Positions 9,820 through 18,300 of a stretch of DNA of 64,000 bases are shown here, piece by piece. The DNA lies in contig CADAKI010000002.1 in NCBI GenBank assembly GCA_902788485.1, forward strand, positions 25,205 through 89,204. Direction: 5' to 3'. A program made the position numbers and the translations under genes. The DNA comes from an uncultured Pseudomonadota bacterium (GTDB lineage Bacteria; Pseudomonadota; Alphaproteobacteria; Rs-D84). The notes beneath the pieces are model-generated. The model was not told the origin of the DNA and made no database searches. It saw only the letters and a program-made list of their open reading frames with translations. Every line of letters starts with the position of its first letter. The first letter of the stretch is position 1.

Positions 9820-10646
9820 CAGATGAAATCGCAAATTTGCCACCGGTGTCAACCATGATGCGCGAATGTGGAATGCAGGCAAAAAAACAATTCGGTCAAA
9901 ATTTTTTATTTGATTTGAATTTAACTGGTCGTATTGCACGCGCCGTGCCGAATATCGATAAAATCCCCGTGGTCGAGGTTGGACCCGGTCCGGCGGGTTT
10001 AACGCGGGCATTATTGATGGCGGGTGCGTTGCATGTTGTTGCGGTTGAAATGGATAAAACCACAGAACCAATTTTATCGCGTGTCGCCGCCGCCGCCGAC
10101 GGACGTTTAACGGTTGTGTATGGTGACGCATTAAAAACAGATTTTTCACAATTTGGTTTTGAAAAATATGCAATTTGTTCGAACCTGCCATACAATGTTG
10201 GCACCGAATTATTGATACAATGGATTCATAAAATTGTAGACGGCGAAAAAATTGAATCTATGACATTGATGTTCCAGCGCGAGGTTGCCGAACGTATTAT
10301 TGCGCATGCAAATGATGATGCGTATGGTCGTTTGGCGGTGTTGGTTGGGTTAACATCGGACGCAAAAATTTTATTCAATGTTCCACGCACGGCGTTTACA
10401 CCCGCGCCGCGCGTCACGTCCGCCGTTGTGCAAATAATTCCAAATGCGGACAAAATAAAATCGTTGGGAAAAAATTTGGCAAATCTGGAAAAATTGACGG
10501 CGAAATTGTTTGGCATGCGGCGCAAAATGATACGCGGTATCATGCCGGATGTCGATTGGTCGGCATTTGATTTAACCGGTACCGAGCGCGCAGAAAATTT
10601 ATCACCTGAAAAATTTTTAGAAATTTCAAAAAAAGTATTGATATAA
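9816..10646 (+). CDS. rsmA: 16S rRNA (adenine1518/1519-N6) dimethyltransferase
   Basis: KsgA family: FGQNFL and NLPYN motifs. Overlaps recR by 4 nt. Confidence 0.9.
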   Translation: MTDEIANLPPVSTMMRECGMQAKKQFGQNFLFDLNLTGRIARAVPNIDKIPVVEVGPGPAGLTRALLMAGALHVVAVEMDKTTEPILSRVAAAADGRLTVVYGDALKTDFSQFGFEKYAICSNLPYNVGTELLIQWIHKIVDGEKIESMTLMFQREVAERIIAHANDDAYGRLAVLVGLTSDAKILFNVPRTAFTPAPRVTSAVVQIIPNADKIKSLGKNLANLEKLTAKLFGMRRKMIRGIMPDVDWSAFDLTGTERAENLSPEKFLEISKKVLI

Positions 10647-10700
10647 CTTTCAACGATTTAGTATAGTCATTTTGTATCCAGAGGAGAGAGGGGACCCAAT

Positions 10701-12410
10701 ATGATTTCGTTGGAAGTATTACTGTTTTTTGCAATTACATGTGGTTTGGTTTTTTGCTTTAAAAGTGCGAAAATTGGCGCGCTGGTTGCATTTTTGTTCG
10801 CCGGAATTTTATCGGGTCCATACATGTTAAATTTGTTCGAATTGACCGGAACATGGCAAACACTGGGCGATTTGGGTATATTATTTTTATGGTTCACAAT
10901 TGGTTTGGAAATAAATTTTTCGCGTTTATGGTCTTTGCGTAACACGATTTTTGGTTTTGGTGCCGCCCAGGTTTTAATGGTTGCGGTAATGTTGTTTCCG
11001 TTTCTGTTTGAATTTACGACATGGAATGTTGCGGGCGCAATCATGGTATCGTTGTTGTTGGCGATGTCGTCAACATCTGCGGATTTACAAATTTTGGGTG
11101 ACCGCAATCAATTAAATTCAAATGTTGGTCGCCAGATTTTTTCTGTCTTGTTATTCCAAGATTTATTATCGATTCCGTTGCTGGCGATGTTGCCGGTGTT
11201 GTCCGGAAAATCGTTCAGTTTGGGCGCGACATTAATTGATGTTTTGGTGTTGTCTGTATTATTGGTATTTGGTGTTGTTATTGTTGGACGTTGTATAATG
11301 AATCCATTGTTGCGCGCCGTTGCAAAATTAAAATCCAAAGAATTATTATTGTTGGTCATAATGTTAAATATCATTATGTGGGCGGTATTGTTGGATTTGG
11401 CGGGACTGCCATCGGGATTGGGCGGATTTTTATGCGGTATGTTAATGAGTGAGACAATCTATCGTCACCAAATAACCGCAGAAATCAGTCCATATACCAC
11501 ATTATTTTTGGCAATATTCTTTATTGCGTTGGGTATGGGATTAAATCTGGATTTGTTGTTTGCGAAATGGTATTTGGTGTTGGGCGGATTGGCATGTTTA
11601 ATGGTATTAAAATTCTTTGCGATATTTATGGTTGCACGCGTTCGCCGAAATCGTGTGCCCGAATCAACATTTATTTCATTATTATTGGCCCAAGGCGGCG
11701 AATTTGGTTTGTTGATGTTGCAAATGATGCGCAATACCGGACTGGATACAATTCCGGTCGCCGATCAAGAAATTTTAATAGCGATAATTGTTTTATCAAT
11801 TATGACAACACCATTGTTGATGGCGGTGTATGATAAATTGCGTCGTACTGGCAAAATTGCCGCGGTTGATGCCAAAAATTTAAAATCTATAAAAACCGGG
11901 ATTCAACCATCCGTGGTAATTTGTGGATTTGGTCGTGTGGGGCAAATTATTGCGCGCCTGTTACGTGAACAAAATATTCCGTATGTCGCGATTGGGTTAA
12001 ATGTAAATTCGATAATGGAAGGTCGCGAAAACGGATTCAATGCGGTATATGGCGATGCGTCAAACATGACGGTGTTGCGCGAATGTGGGGTTAACCCGCG
12101 CACGACGCGTGCGGTTGTTTTGGCGTTGGATAACACCGAAAGTGCAAAAAAAACGATATTGTCTGTACGGACGATTGCGCCGCGTGCGAAAATATTTGCG
12201 CGTGCGCGTAATTTGACTGATGCGCGTGTGTTATTGCATGCCGGTGTCCAGCAAACATTCCCAGAAACAATCGAATCGTCATTTTTCTTGGGCTATGGTT
12301 TGTTAGAATTTTTGGGCATATCTGACAAAAAAATTGAAAATATATTGTCAGATTTGCGTGTGAACAATTATGAAAAACTAAATGCCGATATGACACCTGG
12401 CGAAAAATGA
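10701..12410 (+). CDS. CPA2 family monovalent cation:proton antiporter with C-terminal RCK/TrkA-N domain (KefB/KefC-like)
   Basis: About 12 TM helices, then a Rossmann GFGRVG motif and RCK domain; 569 aa. Confidence 0.75.
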   Translation: MISLEVLLFFAITCGLVFCFKSAKIGALVAFLFAGILSGPYMLNLFELTGTWQTLGDLGILFLWFTIGLEINFSRLWSLRNTIFGFGAAQVLMVAVMLFPFLFEFTTWNVAGAIMVSLLLAMSSTSADLQILGDRNQLNSNVGRQIFSVLLFQDLLSIPLLAMLPVLSGKSFSLGATLIDVLVLSVLLVFGVVIVGRCIMNPLLRAVAKLKSKELLLLVIMLNIIMWAVLLDLAGLPSGLGGFLCGMLMSETIYRHQITAEISPYTTLFLAIFFIALGMGLNLDLLFAKWYLVLGGLACLMVLKFFAIFMVARVRRNRVPESTFISLLLAQGGEFGLLMLQMMRNTGLDTIPVADQEILIAIIVLSIMTTPLLMAVYDKLRRTGKIAAVDAKNLKSIKTGIQPSVVICGFGRVGQIIARLLREQNIPYVAIGLNVNSIMEGRENGFNAVYGDASNMTVLRECGVNPRTTRAVVLALDNTESAKKTILSVRTIAPRAKIFARARNLTDARVLLHAGVQQTFPETIESSFFLGYGLLEFLGISDKKIENILSDLRVNNYEKLNADMTPGEK

Positions 12411-12416
12411 AAATAA

Positions 12417-12442
12417 ATCCGGCAAGTTCCGGATTTGTTTTT
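12417..12442 (+). terminator. rho-independent terminator after the antiporter gene (ATCCGG-caagtt-CCGGAT + TTGTTTTT)
   Basis: Perfect 6-bp stem followed by a T-tract. Confidence 0.5.
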
Positions 12443-12444
12443 AC

Positions 12445-12474
12445 TTGACCGTCAGGAAGTGTTTTTTTTATACT
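12445..12474 (+). promoter_or_regulatory. candidate promoter TTGACC-18-TATACT for the small lipoprotein gene
   Basis: Near-consensus -35 and a TATACT -10, the same -10 as the other mini-lipoprotein gene at 16714. Confidence 0.35.
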
Positions 12475-12504
12475 GAAAATATAGATTATATGGAGGAAGG
12501 CATT

Positions 12505-12651
12505 ATGAAAAAACTTTTACTTGGTTTTTTTGTCGCAATCGCTTTGGCTGGCTGTGGCCAGGTTTATGACCGTGAACCGGTTGGTGTTGGTTACGACAAT
12601 AACGAATTGAAACTCAGTCCTTGCGCCTGCATCATGGTGTACCAGGCATAA
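12505..12651 (+). CDS. small lipoprotein (48 aa precursor, mature ~32 aa, extra Cys), VirB7-like candidate
   Basis: Strong RBS GGAGGAAGG. Signal peptide MKKLLLGFFVAIALAGC with lipobox LAGC. Its position immediately upstream of VirB8-like genes mirrors virB7-virB8 order. Confidence 0.45.
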   Translation: MKKLLLGFFVAIALAGCGQVYDREPVGVGYDNNELKLSPCACIMVYQA

Positions 12652-12677
12652 AATTTACCATTTGGCATTGATGACAC

Positions 12678-13364
12678 ATGATGTATCCTGACGATTTTAA
12701 CACACCGGCATTTCCGTCCGGCAAATATGTTGCCATATCTCGGTTTATGGCGGTGTCTGTGATGGTTTTGTTTTTTTTAATTGTGTGTGTGTGCGGGGTT
12801 ATATTGTGGGTAAAAAACACCCAGAGTACCAGTCCTTTTTTAATATCAATAACGCCGGGTGGTGAACGTTGGACATTGGTCAGTCATGAAAACCATACAA
12901 AACAATTACCGGTATATTTTGTATTGCAAGAATCTGTGGTAAATAATTTTGCGCGTCAATGGTTTACGATTTCTGATAATATTTTGGAAAATACCGCCAC
13001 TTGGTCGGATGGATGTTCGCGCGATTCGGATGAATGTAAAATCGGTGGCACAAACACATGCGCAATTTTTTGTGACGCAGATGATAATGTATTCAATAAT
13101 TTTAAAAAACATGTTTTACCGGTTTATGAAGATATGGAAACGAATGAATCTGCTGTATGGCGTGTAACGTCGGTTCGGGCGCGTCCGGTTGATGTTCGTG
13201 CAATATCGAAAAATGGTGGCACATGGCGATTGACTGTTCATGTTGATACCGGTGGCGTGGATACGGTGTTTTTCGGTTTTGCGCGTGTCGGATATAATTC
13301 AATCGAATATCCAAAAACAATGGGGTATTATATTTCAGATTTTAACATGTTCAGGATGAATTGA
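12678..13364 (+). CDS. membrane-anchored periplasmic protein, VirB8-like (NTF2-like) candidate paralogue
   Basis: Short cytoplasmic N-terminus, single TM (AVSVMVLFFLIVCVCGVILWV), ~180 aa periplasmic domain. Weak local similarity to the VirB8 at 32698-33420 (QESVVNNFARQWFTISD). Confidence 0.4.
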   Translation: MMYPDDFNTPAFPSGKYVAISRFMAVSVMVLFFLIVCVCGVILWVKNTQSTSPFLISITPGGERWTLVSHENHTKQLPVYFVLQESVVNNFARQWFTISDNILENTATWSDGCSRDSDECKIGGTNTCAIFCDADDNVFNNFKKHVLPVYEDMETNESAVWRVTSVRARPVDVRAISKNGGTWRLTVHVDTGGVDTVFFGFARVGYNSIEYPKTMGYYISDFNMFRMN

Positions 13365-14014
13365 TGAATAAAGTAAAATATATCTTGATTGGATTTTGCA
13401 TGTTGGTCGTAATGTTGGGACTGGTGTTTTTCACGGGTGCAATTTATGACGCAGAAAACAAAAATAAAATCGAAACATATTTTTTTGAACCGAACAATAA
13501 ATCGTCGGACCGTATCAGTATTCCATTATCGCCTGATAACATGACGCAAAATGCATTGCGCGAAAAAATTGTGGAACATTTTTTATATGAATATTTTTAT
13601 GTTATACCTGATGAAAATAACGCCCGCATGCGCACGATGGATTTTCGCAACACCGACGGTACCCCAACACCGTTGGGTGCGATTGTGCGCGAACGTGCCC
13701 GCACACAATGGGCAACAAATGTCGGACCCGATATTATGGATTTGGCAACAAAACACGGGATGCGCACGGTGGAATTGTTGGGAATATCTGAATCGGAAAG
13801 TGGTCATTTGGTTGTCGATTATAAATTAAAAACTTGGAATCAATCAAATGATGTGTTGGCTCGTCCGATTGAAACAACGGGACGTTTGTTGTTGTATATA
13901 GAAAACAAACCAATCACTGTAAAACAAACCCAAGAAACATTGGATTATTTACAACGTGGTGTGGACCCTGTATCTGCATTTGATTTTTATATACATGATG
14001 TAATACAAGAATAG
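13361..14014 (+). CDS. VirB8-like protein (bitopic, periplasmic NTF2-like domain)
   Basis: N-terminal TM, then LREKIVEHFLYEYFYVIPDEN...GHLVVDYKLKTW. This aligns with QFIREYVRERNEIVPD...GRLSVVNDVN of the VirB8 at 32698-33420. Coupled by a 4-nt overlap to the preceding ORF. Confidence 0.5.
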   Translation: MMNKVKYILIGFCMLVVMLGLVFFTGAIYDAENKNKIETYFFEPNNKSSDRISIPLSPDNMTQNALREKIVEHFLYEYFYVIPDENNARMRTMDFRNTDGTPTPLGAIVRERARTQWATNVGPDIMDLATKHGMRTVELLGISESESGHLVVDYKLKTWNQSNDVLARPIETTGRLLLYIENKPITVKQTQETLDYLQRGVDPVSAFDFYIHDVIQE

Positions 14015-14024
14015 GAAAAATAAA

Positions 14025-14879
14025 ATGTTATTAAAACATATATTATTTTTGTGTTTGTTGACGTTGCCGATGTATGTTGGTACGGCGCGTGCGGCGGATG
14101 ATGGTTTTGAATTTATGGATGATGCATATTCGGGTTATGACGATGGTGCGGATGCATTTATGGATTCGAATAATACGGACATCACATATTCTGATTCTGG
14201 TGATGACAATGAATTTATCACAGATTCTGGGAATACAACATTGAACGATGGTGCGTCATTGATAAATGTGGCGAATTTTGATATTGCGGGTATCATGTTG
14301 GGCATGAATTTCGAAGATGTATATAACCTGTATCATGAACACAATAATTTATATGCACCACGCAAACGCAACAGTTTGGTTTACACCATCCCGACCGATT
14401 GGAAATATAATTTGGATTACGAATGTCGGCAATCGGGTGTTGTTCAACCGAACAAGTTGGAAAAATGTATACGCAGTTTGGCGCAAAATCGCGGATTGTT
14501 GTATGTATCGGAAATTCATTTGGAACGTGTCAAAACTGGTGAAAAAATCGATGTGTTTTTAACCAGTAATGCCACCGACAATGTTGTGTATCGTATTGTA
14601 TACAGTAATGATGTCGAAAAATTAGAAGGTAATAATCCAAAATTTGCTGACCAACGCGATAAACGGCGTTTGGCATTTTGGAAAAATGTTGTGGCAAAAT
14701 ATGGCACGCCAAATTCTGGGGTGGACACATGGATAACATCGACCAATTCATACGACCCGAAAATGACGGCATATTATGATTCGTTGGATTTAATGAACCT
14801 TGGGCAACAGGCAACCGACATCGCGGCGGCGGCCGAACAATCGCGTGAAAATTTCCGTGCGAAACCATATGCTTTTTAA
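14025..14879 (+). CDS. secreted hypothetical protein with Asp-rich N-terminal region
   Basis: Signal peptide MLLKHILFLCLLTLPMYVGTARA followed by an acidic low-complexity region and then a beta-rich domain. Co-directional with the VirB7/VirB8-like genes. Confidence 0.5.
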   Translation: MLLKHILFLCLLTLPMYVGTARAADDGFEFMDDAYSGYDDGADAFMDSNNTDITYSDSGDDNEFITDSGNTTLNDGASLINVANFDIAGIMLGMNFEDVYNLYHEHNNLYAPRKRNSLVYTIPTDWKYNLDYECRQSGVVQPNKLEKCIRSLAQNRGLLYVSEIHLERVKTGEKIDVFLTSNATDNVVYRIVYSNDVEKLEGNNPKFADQRDKRRLAFWKNVVAKYGTPNSGVDTWITSTNSYDPKMTAYYDSLDLMNLGQQATDIAAAAEQSRENFRAKPYAF

Positions 14880-15220
14880 TGAACACATACAAAACCGGAA
14901 TTTTATCAGAATGGTATGCACGCATGTTTTTGCGCATGCATGGGTATAAAATTTTACAATCGCGTTATGTCACCGGCCGATATACCGGACGTGCAGAAAT
15001 AGATATTATTGCGAAACGCAAAAACATCATTGTTTTTGTCGAGGTTAAAAATCGTCCCGATTTGATGTCTGCATGGGCGGCGATAAAACCGGCCCAGGTT
15101 GCGCGTCTGCGTAATGCGGCAAATACCTATTTGATAAAACATCGTTGGACGGGCGGGGCGCGTTTTGATGTTATTGCGGTGTGTGGGTTAAAGATTTATT
15201 GGGCAAAAAACGCCATATAA
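14879..15220 (+). CDS. yraN: YraN family (UPF0102) predicted endonuclease
   Basis: 113 aa; conserved EIDIIA...VFVEVK core. Confidence 0.7.
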   Translation: MNTYKTGILSEWYARMFLRMHGYKILQSRYVTGRYTGRAEIDIIAKRKNIIVFVEVKNRPDLMSAWAAIKPAQVARLRNAANTYLIKHRWTGGARFDVIAVCGLKIYWAKNAI

Positions 15221-15227
15221 TTATTTG

Positions 15228-15255
15228 TTGAAAAAAACCAATATTTTCCTATAAT
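15228..15255 (+). promoter_or_regulatory. candidate promoter TTGAAA-16-TATAAT upstream of rfbC
   Basis: Hexamers seen in sequence 32 nt before the rfbC start. Confidence 0.3.
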
Positions 15256-15286
15256 TTTTCATGATTTATCAAATGGAGTTAAAATC

Positions 15287-15841
15287 ATGAATTTTATAAA
15301 AACAGAAATCGATGGTGTTATCATTGTTGAACCAAAAATATTTCAAGATGCCCGTGGATATTTTTTCGAAAGTTATAACGAGGCAGAATTTATCAAAAAC
15401 GGCATAACAAATCGTTTTGTCCAAGATAATCAATCAAAATCATCATATGGGGTTGTTCGCGGCCTGCATTGCCAGTTGGGTTCTCATTCCCAGGCGAAAT
15501 TGGTTCGCGTGTTGTTGGGCCGTGTGTTGGATGTTGCGGTTGATGTGCGACCGGGGTCAAAAACATTTGGCAAACATGTTGCGGTTGAATTGTCCGATGA
15601 AAATCAGCGCCAGTTATTTATTCCGCGTCATTTCTTGCATGGTTTTTCTGTGTTGTCTGATACGGCGGTTTTTGCATACAAGGTTGATAATTTATATAAC
15701 AAAGAATCTGAATTCGGTATTCGTTATGACGACCCGGAAATCGGTGTTGATTGGCGTGTTCCGGCAAATAAAATCATTACATCTGACAAAGATAGAATCG
15801 CAAATAAATTATCTGATTTATTAAAGGAATATACAAAATGA
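15287..15841 (+). CDS. rfbC: dTDP-4-dehydrorhamnose 3,5-epimerase
   Basis: RmlC cupin: motifs DARGYFFE, QDNQSxSxxGVxRGLH and a catalytic His/Tyr pattern. Confidence 0.9.
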   Translation: MNFIKTEIDGVIIVEPKIFQDARGYFFESYNEAEFIKNGITNRFVQDNQSKSSYGVVRGLHCQLGSHSQAKLVRVLLGRVLDVAVDVRPGSKTFGKHVAVELSDENQRQLFIPRHFLHGFSVLSDTAVFAYKVDNLYNKESEFGIRYDDPEIGVDWRVPANKIITSDKDRIANKLSDLLKEYTK

Positions 15842-16680
15842 AAAATATTTTAATCACGGGTGCAAATGGGCAACTGGGCACCGAATTGGGTGCATTATTG
15901 CCGGACGCAATAAAAACAGACCGCGATGATTTGGATATAACAAATGCGGATGCTGTACACGATTTTATTCGTAAAAATAAAATTGATTCGATTATAAATT
16001 GTGCAGCATACACGGCGGTTGATCGTGCCGAAGACGACATACAAATGGCTGAAAAAATAAACGCCATCGGTCCGCGTAATTTGGCGGCGTCTGGTGCAAA
16101 AATAATTCATATATCGACCGATTATGTTTTTGACGGTACCGCACATCGACCATATTCGGCGCTGGATTTGCCGAACCCGGTGTCTGTATATGGTAAAACA
16201 AAATTATCTGGTGAATTTGCGGTGCGCAATTTCGCAAAAATTTATGCGATTATTCGCACGGCATGGTTGTATTCGCCATACGGTTCAAATTTTGTAAAAA
16301 CAATGTTGCGCCTGGGGCATGAAAAAACAGAAATAAATGTTGTTGCCGACCAAATTGGTACGCCGACATATGCCGCCGATTTGGCGCGCGCGATTGTTAA
16401 AATATTGCCTTTGTTAAATGAAAAGAATTCCGGTATATATCATTACACAAATAATGGTGTTTGTTCTTGGTATGATTTTGCAACCGAAATTATGACGATG
16501 TCTGGTTTGAAATGTCGGGTCAATCCAATTAAAACCGAACAATATCCAACACGTGCGACACGTCCGGCATACAGTGTTCTGGACAAATCGAAAATCAAAG
16601 AAGTATTTGATGTAGATATTCCGCATTGGCGTGCGGGGCTGGAAAAATGCCTGGGGGCGATAAAAAATAACGAACGCTAA
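15838..16680 (+). CDS. rfbD: dTDP-4-dehydrorhamnose reductase
   Basis: RmlD family: MKNILITGANGQLG Rossmann motif, STDYVFDG and YGKTK. Confidence 0.9.
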   Translation: MKNILITGANGQLGTELGALLPDAIKTDRDDLDITNADAVHDFIRKNKIDSIINCAAYTAVDRAEDDIQMAEKINAIGPRNLAASGAKIIHISTDYVFDGTAHRPYSALDLPNPVSVYGKTKLSGEFAVRNFAKIYAIIRTAWLYSPYGSNFVKTMLRLGHEKTEINVVADQIGTPTYAADLARAIVKILPLLNEKNSGIYHYTNNGVCSWYDFATEIMTMSGLKCRVNPIKTEQYPTRATRPAYSVLDKSKIKEVFDVDIPHWRAGLEKCLGAIKNNER

Positions 16681-16690
16681 GAAATAATTC

Positions 16691-16719
16691 TTGTTATTTG
16701 TGAAAATAATTTTTATACT
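16691..16719 (+). promoter_or_regulatory. candidate promoter TTGTTA-17-TATACT for the mini-lipoprotein gene
   Basis: 17-nt spacer, followed by an AAGGAG RBS. Confidence 0.35.
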
Positions 16720-16747
16720 AACCCCGTACCAATAAAAAGGAGACAAA

Positions 16748-16897
16748 ATGAAAAAAGTAATGTTGGCATTGTTTGCTGTTTTAACATTGGCGGCCTGCAC
16801 GGGTTCTTATAAATCTGGAAATTGTGAATATGATTTCTTGTTACACAAAGATATTTCTATTTCTAAATTGATTGGCAATGCAACTGGCGGTTGCTAG
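16748..16897 (+). CDS. mini-lipoprotein (49 aa precursor; not in the ORF track)
   Basis: AAGGAG RBS 7 nt upstream. MKKVMLALFAVLTLAAC with lipobox LAAC. Mature peptide of 33 aa with 3 Cys, followed by a strong terminator. Confidence 0.5.
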   Translation: MKKVMLALFAVLTLAACTGSYKSGNCEYDFLLHKDISISKLIGNATGGC

Positions 16898-16913
16898 TTT
16901 TTAGATAACCAGA

Positions 16914-16940
16914 TAAAACACACGGGGCGGAAATTTCGCC
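16914..16940 (+). terminator. rho-independent terminator (GGGGCG-gaaattt-CGCCCC + TTTTTT), possibly bidirectional with grpE
   Basis: 6-bp GC stem plus T-run, lying between convergent genes. Confidence 0.7.
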
Positions 16941-16957
16941 CCGTTTTTTCGATTTTT

Positions 16958-17506
16958 TTATTTACAAACAACAACCATTGCCGGACGCAACACAACATCA
17001 CCATACATATATCCGGTTTGCATTTCTTGGAATATCGTGTCTGCGGCGTGTGCATCATCCGCCGGCACGGTAGATATCGCACTGTGAAATTGTGGATTTA
17101 ATGGTTGCCCAACACTTTCGATTTTTACGATTCCGATTTGTGCAAATGCGGATTCGATTGCCATCGCCAGTGATTTTATACCCGCATCATCTGGGGTCTG
17201 TTTTAATGCCGCATCCAACGCGTCCATCACCGGCAAGAATTTTTTCGCAATCCCCATGCCCGCACCCCGTGCCGCAGATTCCATGTCGCGTGCCGCACGG
17301 CGACGCGTGTTTTCCAATTCGGCCACGGCCCGCATATATTTATCGGTTAAATCTGCAACATTATTTTGTAAATCTGAAATTGTTTTTTTTGTATCGTCTG
17401 TCGCAACATCCGCATCCGCCGGGATATTTGGTGTCGTATTGTCATTGATTTCTACTTGTTCGACATCAACTTCTTTTTTATTATCTGTCATAATTTCACC
17501 TGCCAT
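16958..17506 (-). CDS. grpE: nucleotide exchange factor GrpE
   Basis: Coiled-coil N-terminus and the conserved C-terminal GrpE domain (LRxxAELENxRRRxxRD). Confidence 0.9.
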   Translation of the reverse strand: MAGEIMTDNKKEVDVEQVEINDNTTPNIPADADVATDDTKKTISDLQNNVADLTDKYMRAVAELENTRRRAARDMESAARGAGMGIAKKFLPVMDALDAALKQTPDDAGIKSLAMAIESAFAQIGIVKIESVGQPLNPQFHSAISTVPADDAHAADTIFQEMQTGYMYGDVVLRPAMVVVCK

Positions 17507-17520
17507 TACTTTATTATATT

Positions 17521-18231
17521 TTATTTAACATTTTCTATTATAGGGATGAAATCTTGTTTTTTCAAGGATGCCCCACCAATCAATACGCCACTGACATTTT
17601 TTATGTTTATAATTTCGCGTACATTTTGTGCGGTGACAGACGCACCATACAAAATTGGCGTGTCGCCCAATCCCATATCAATCAAAGTATCACGAATAAT
17701 TCTGTGCATATCTGCGATTTCTTGTGTGGTTGGTGTAATACCGCGCCCAATCGCCCAACGAGGTTCGTACGCAATTATAAAGCCGCCATTTTTCGCATTT
17801 TTTGGTACAGATTCGCGCACACCATGCACAACGACCTTTTCACCAATGCCGGTTTTTCGTTCGATATCGGTTTCGCCAACACAGATAATTGGCAACAAAT
17901 CATTGTCGATTGCATGCATTGCGCGTAATGCGACATCCGCGTTTGTATCATGTAATGCGTCGCGTGTCTCGCTGTGTCCGACCAGTGTCGCCACCGCCCC
18001 GGTATCCCGGACCATTGCGGCCGATACATCGCCCGTATGTGCGCCAGTATCAAATTTACTGACATTTTGGGCGCCAATCATAACCATGTCATTTCCCGTG
18101 CGCAACATAGTATATGGCACAAACATCATTATTCGTAAATCGTTCCCTGCCACACGCGATACAGAATCAACCATGTCATCTAATGCCGTACGCGACCCGT
18201 TCATCTTCCAGTTGCCCGCAATAATTTTCAT
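17521..18231 (-). CDS. tpiA: triosephosphate isomerase
   Basis: AGNWKMNG N-terminus, catalytic AYEPxWAIGTG and the GGASLK motif. Confidence 0.9.
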   Translation of the reverse strand: MKIIAGNWKMNGSRTALDDMVDSVSRVAGNDLRIMMFVPYTMLRTGNDMVMIGAQNVSKFDTGAHTGDVSAAMVRDTGAVATLVGHSETRDALHDTNADVALRAMHAIDNDLLPIICVGETDIERKTGIGEKVVVHGVRESVPKNAKNGGFIIAYEPRWAIGRGITPTTQEIADMHRIIRDTLIDMGLGDTPILYGASVTAQNVREIINIKNVSGVLIGGASLKKQDFIPIIENVK

Positions 18232-18300
18232 ATTAAATTCCCTCTTTTTTTCATTGCGTTAAAATATCACTTTTGCTATGGTAACCCAAAAGGAAACAAA

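Noticed and set aside
12445-12504. N-terminal 20-aa extension of the mini-lipoprotein ORF (MTVRKCFFYTENIDYMEEGI)
   Set aside because: It overlaps the predicted promoter. A strong GGAGGAAGG RBS precedes the internal ATG at 12505, which starts a textbook lipoprotein signal peptide.
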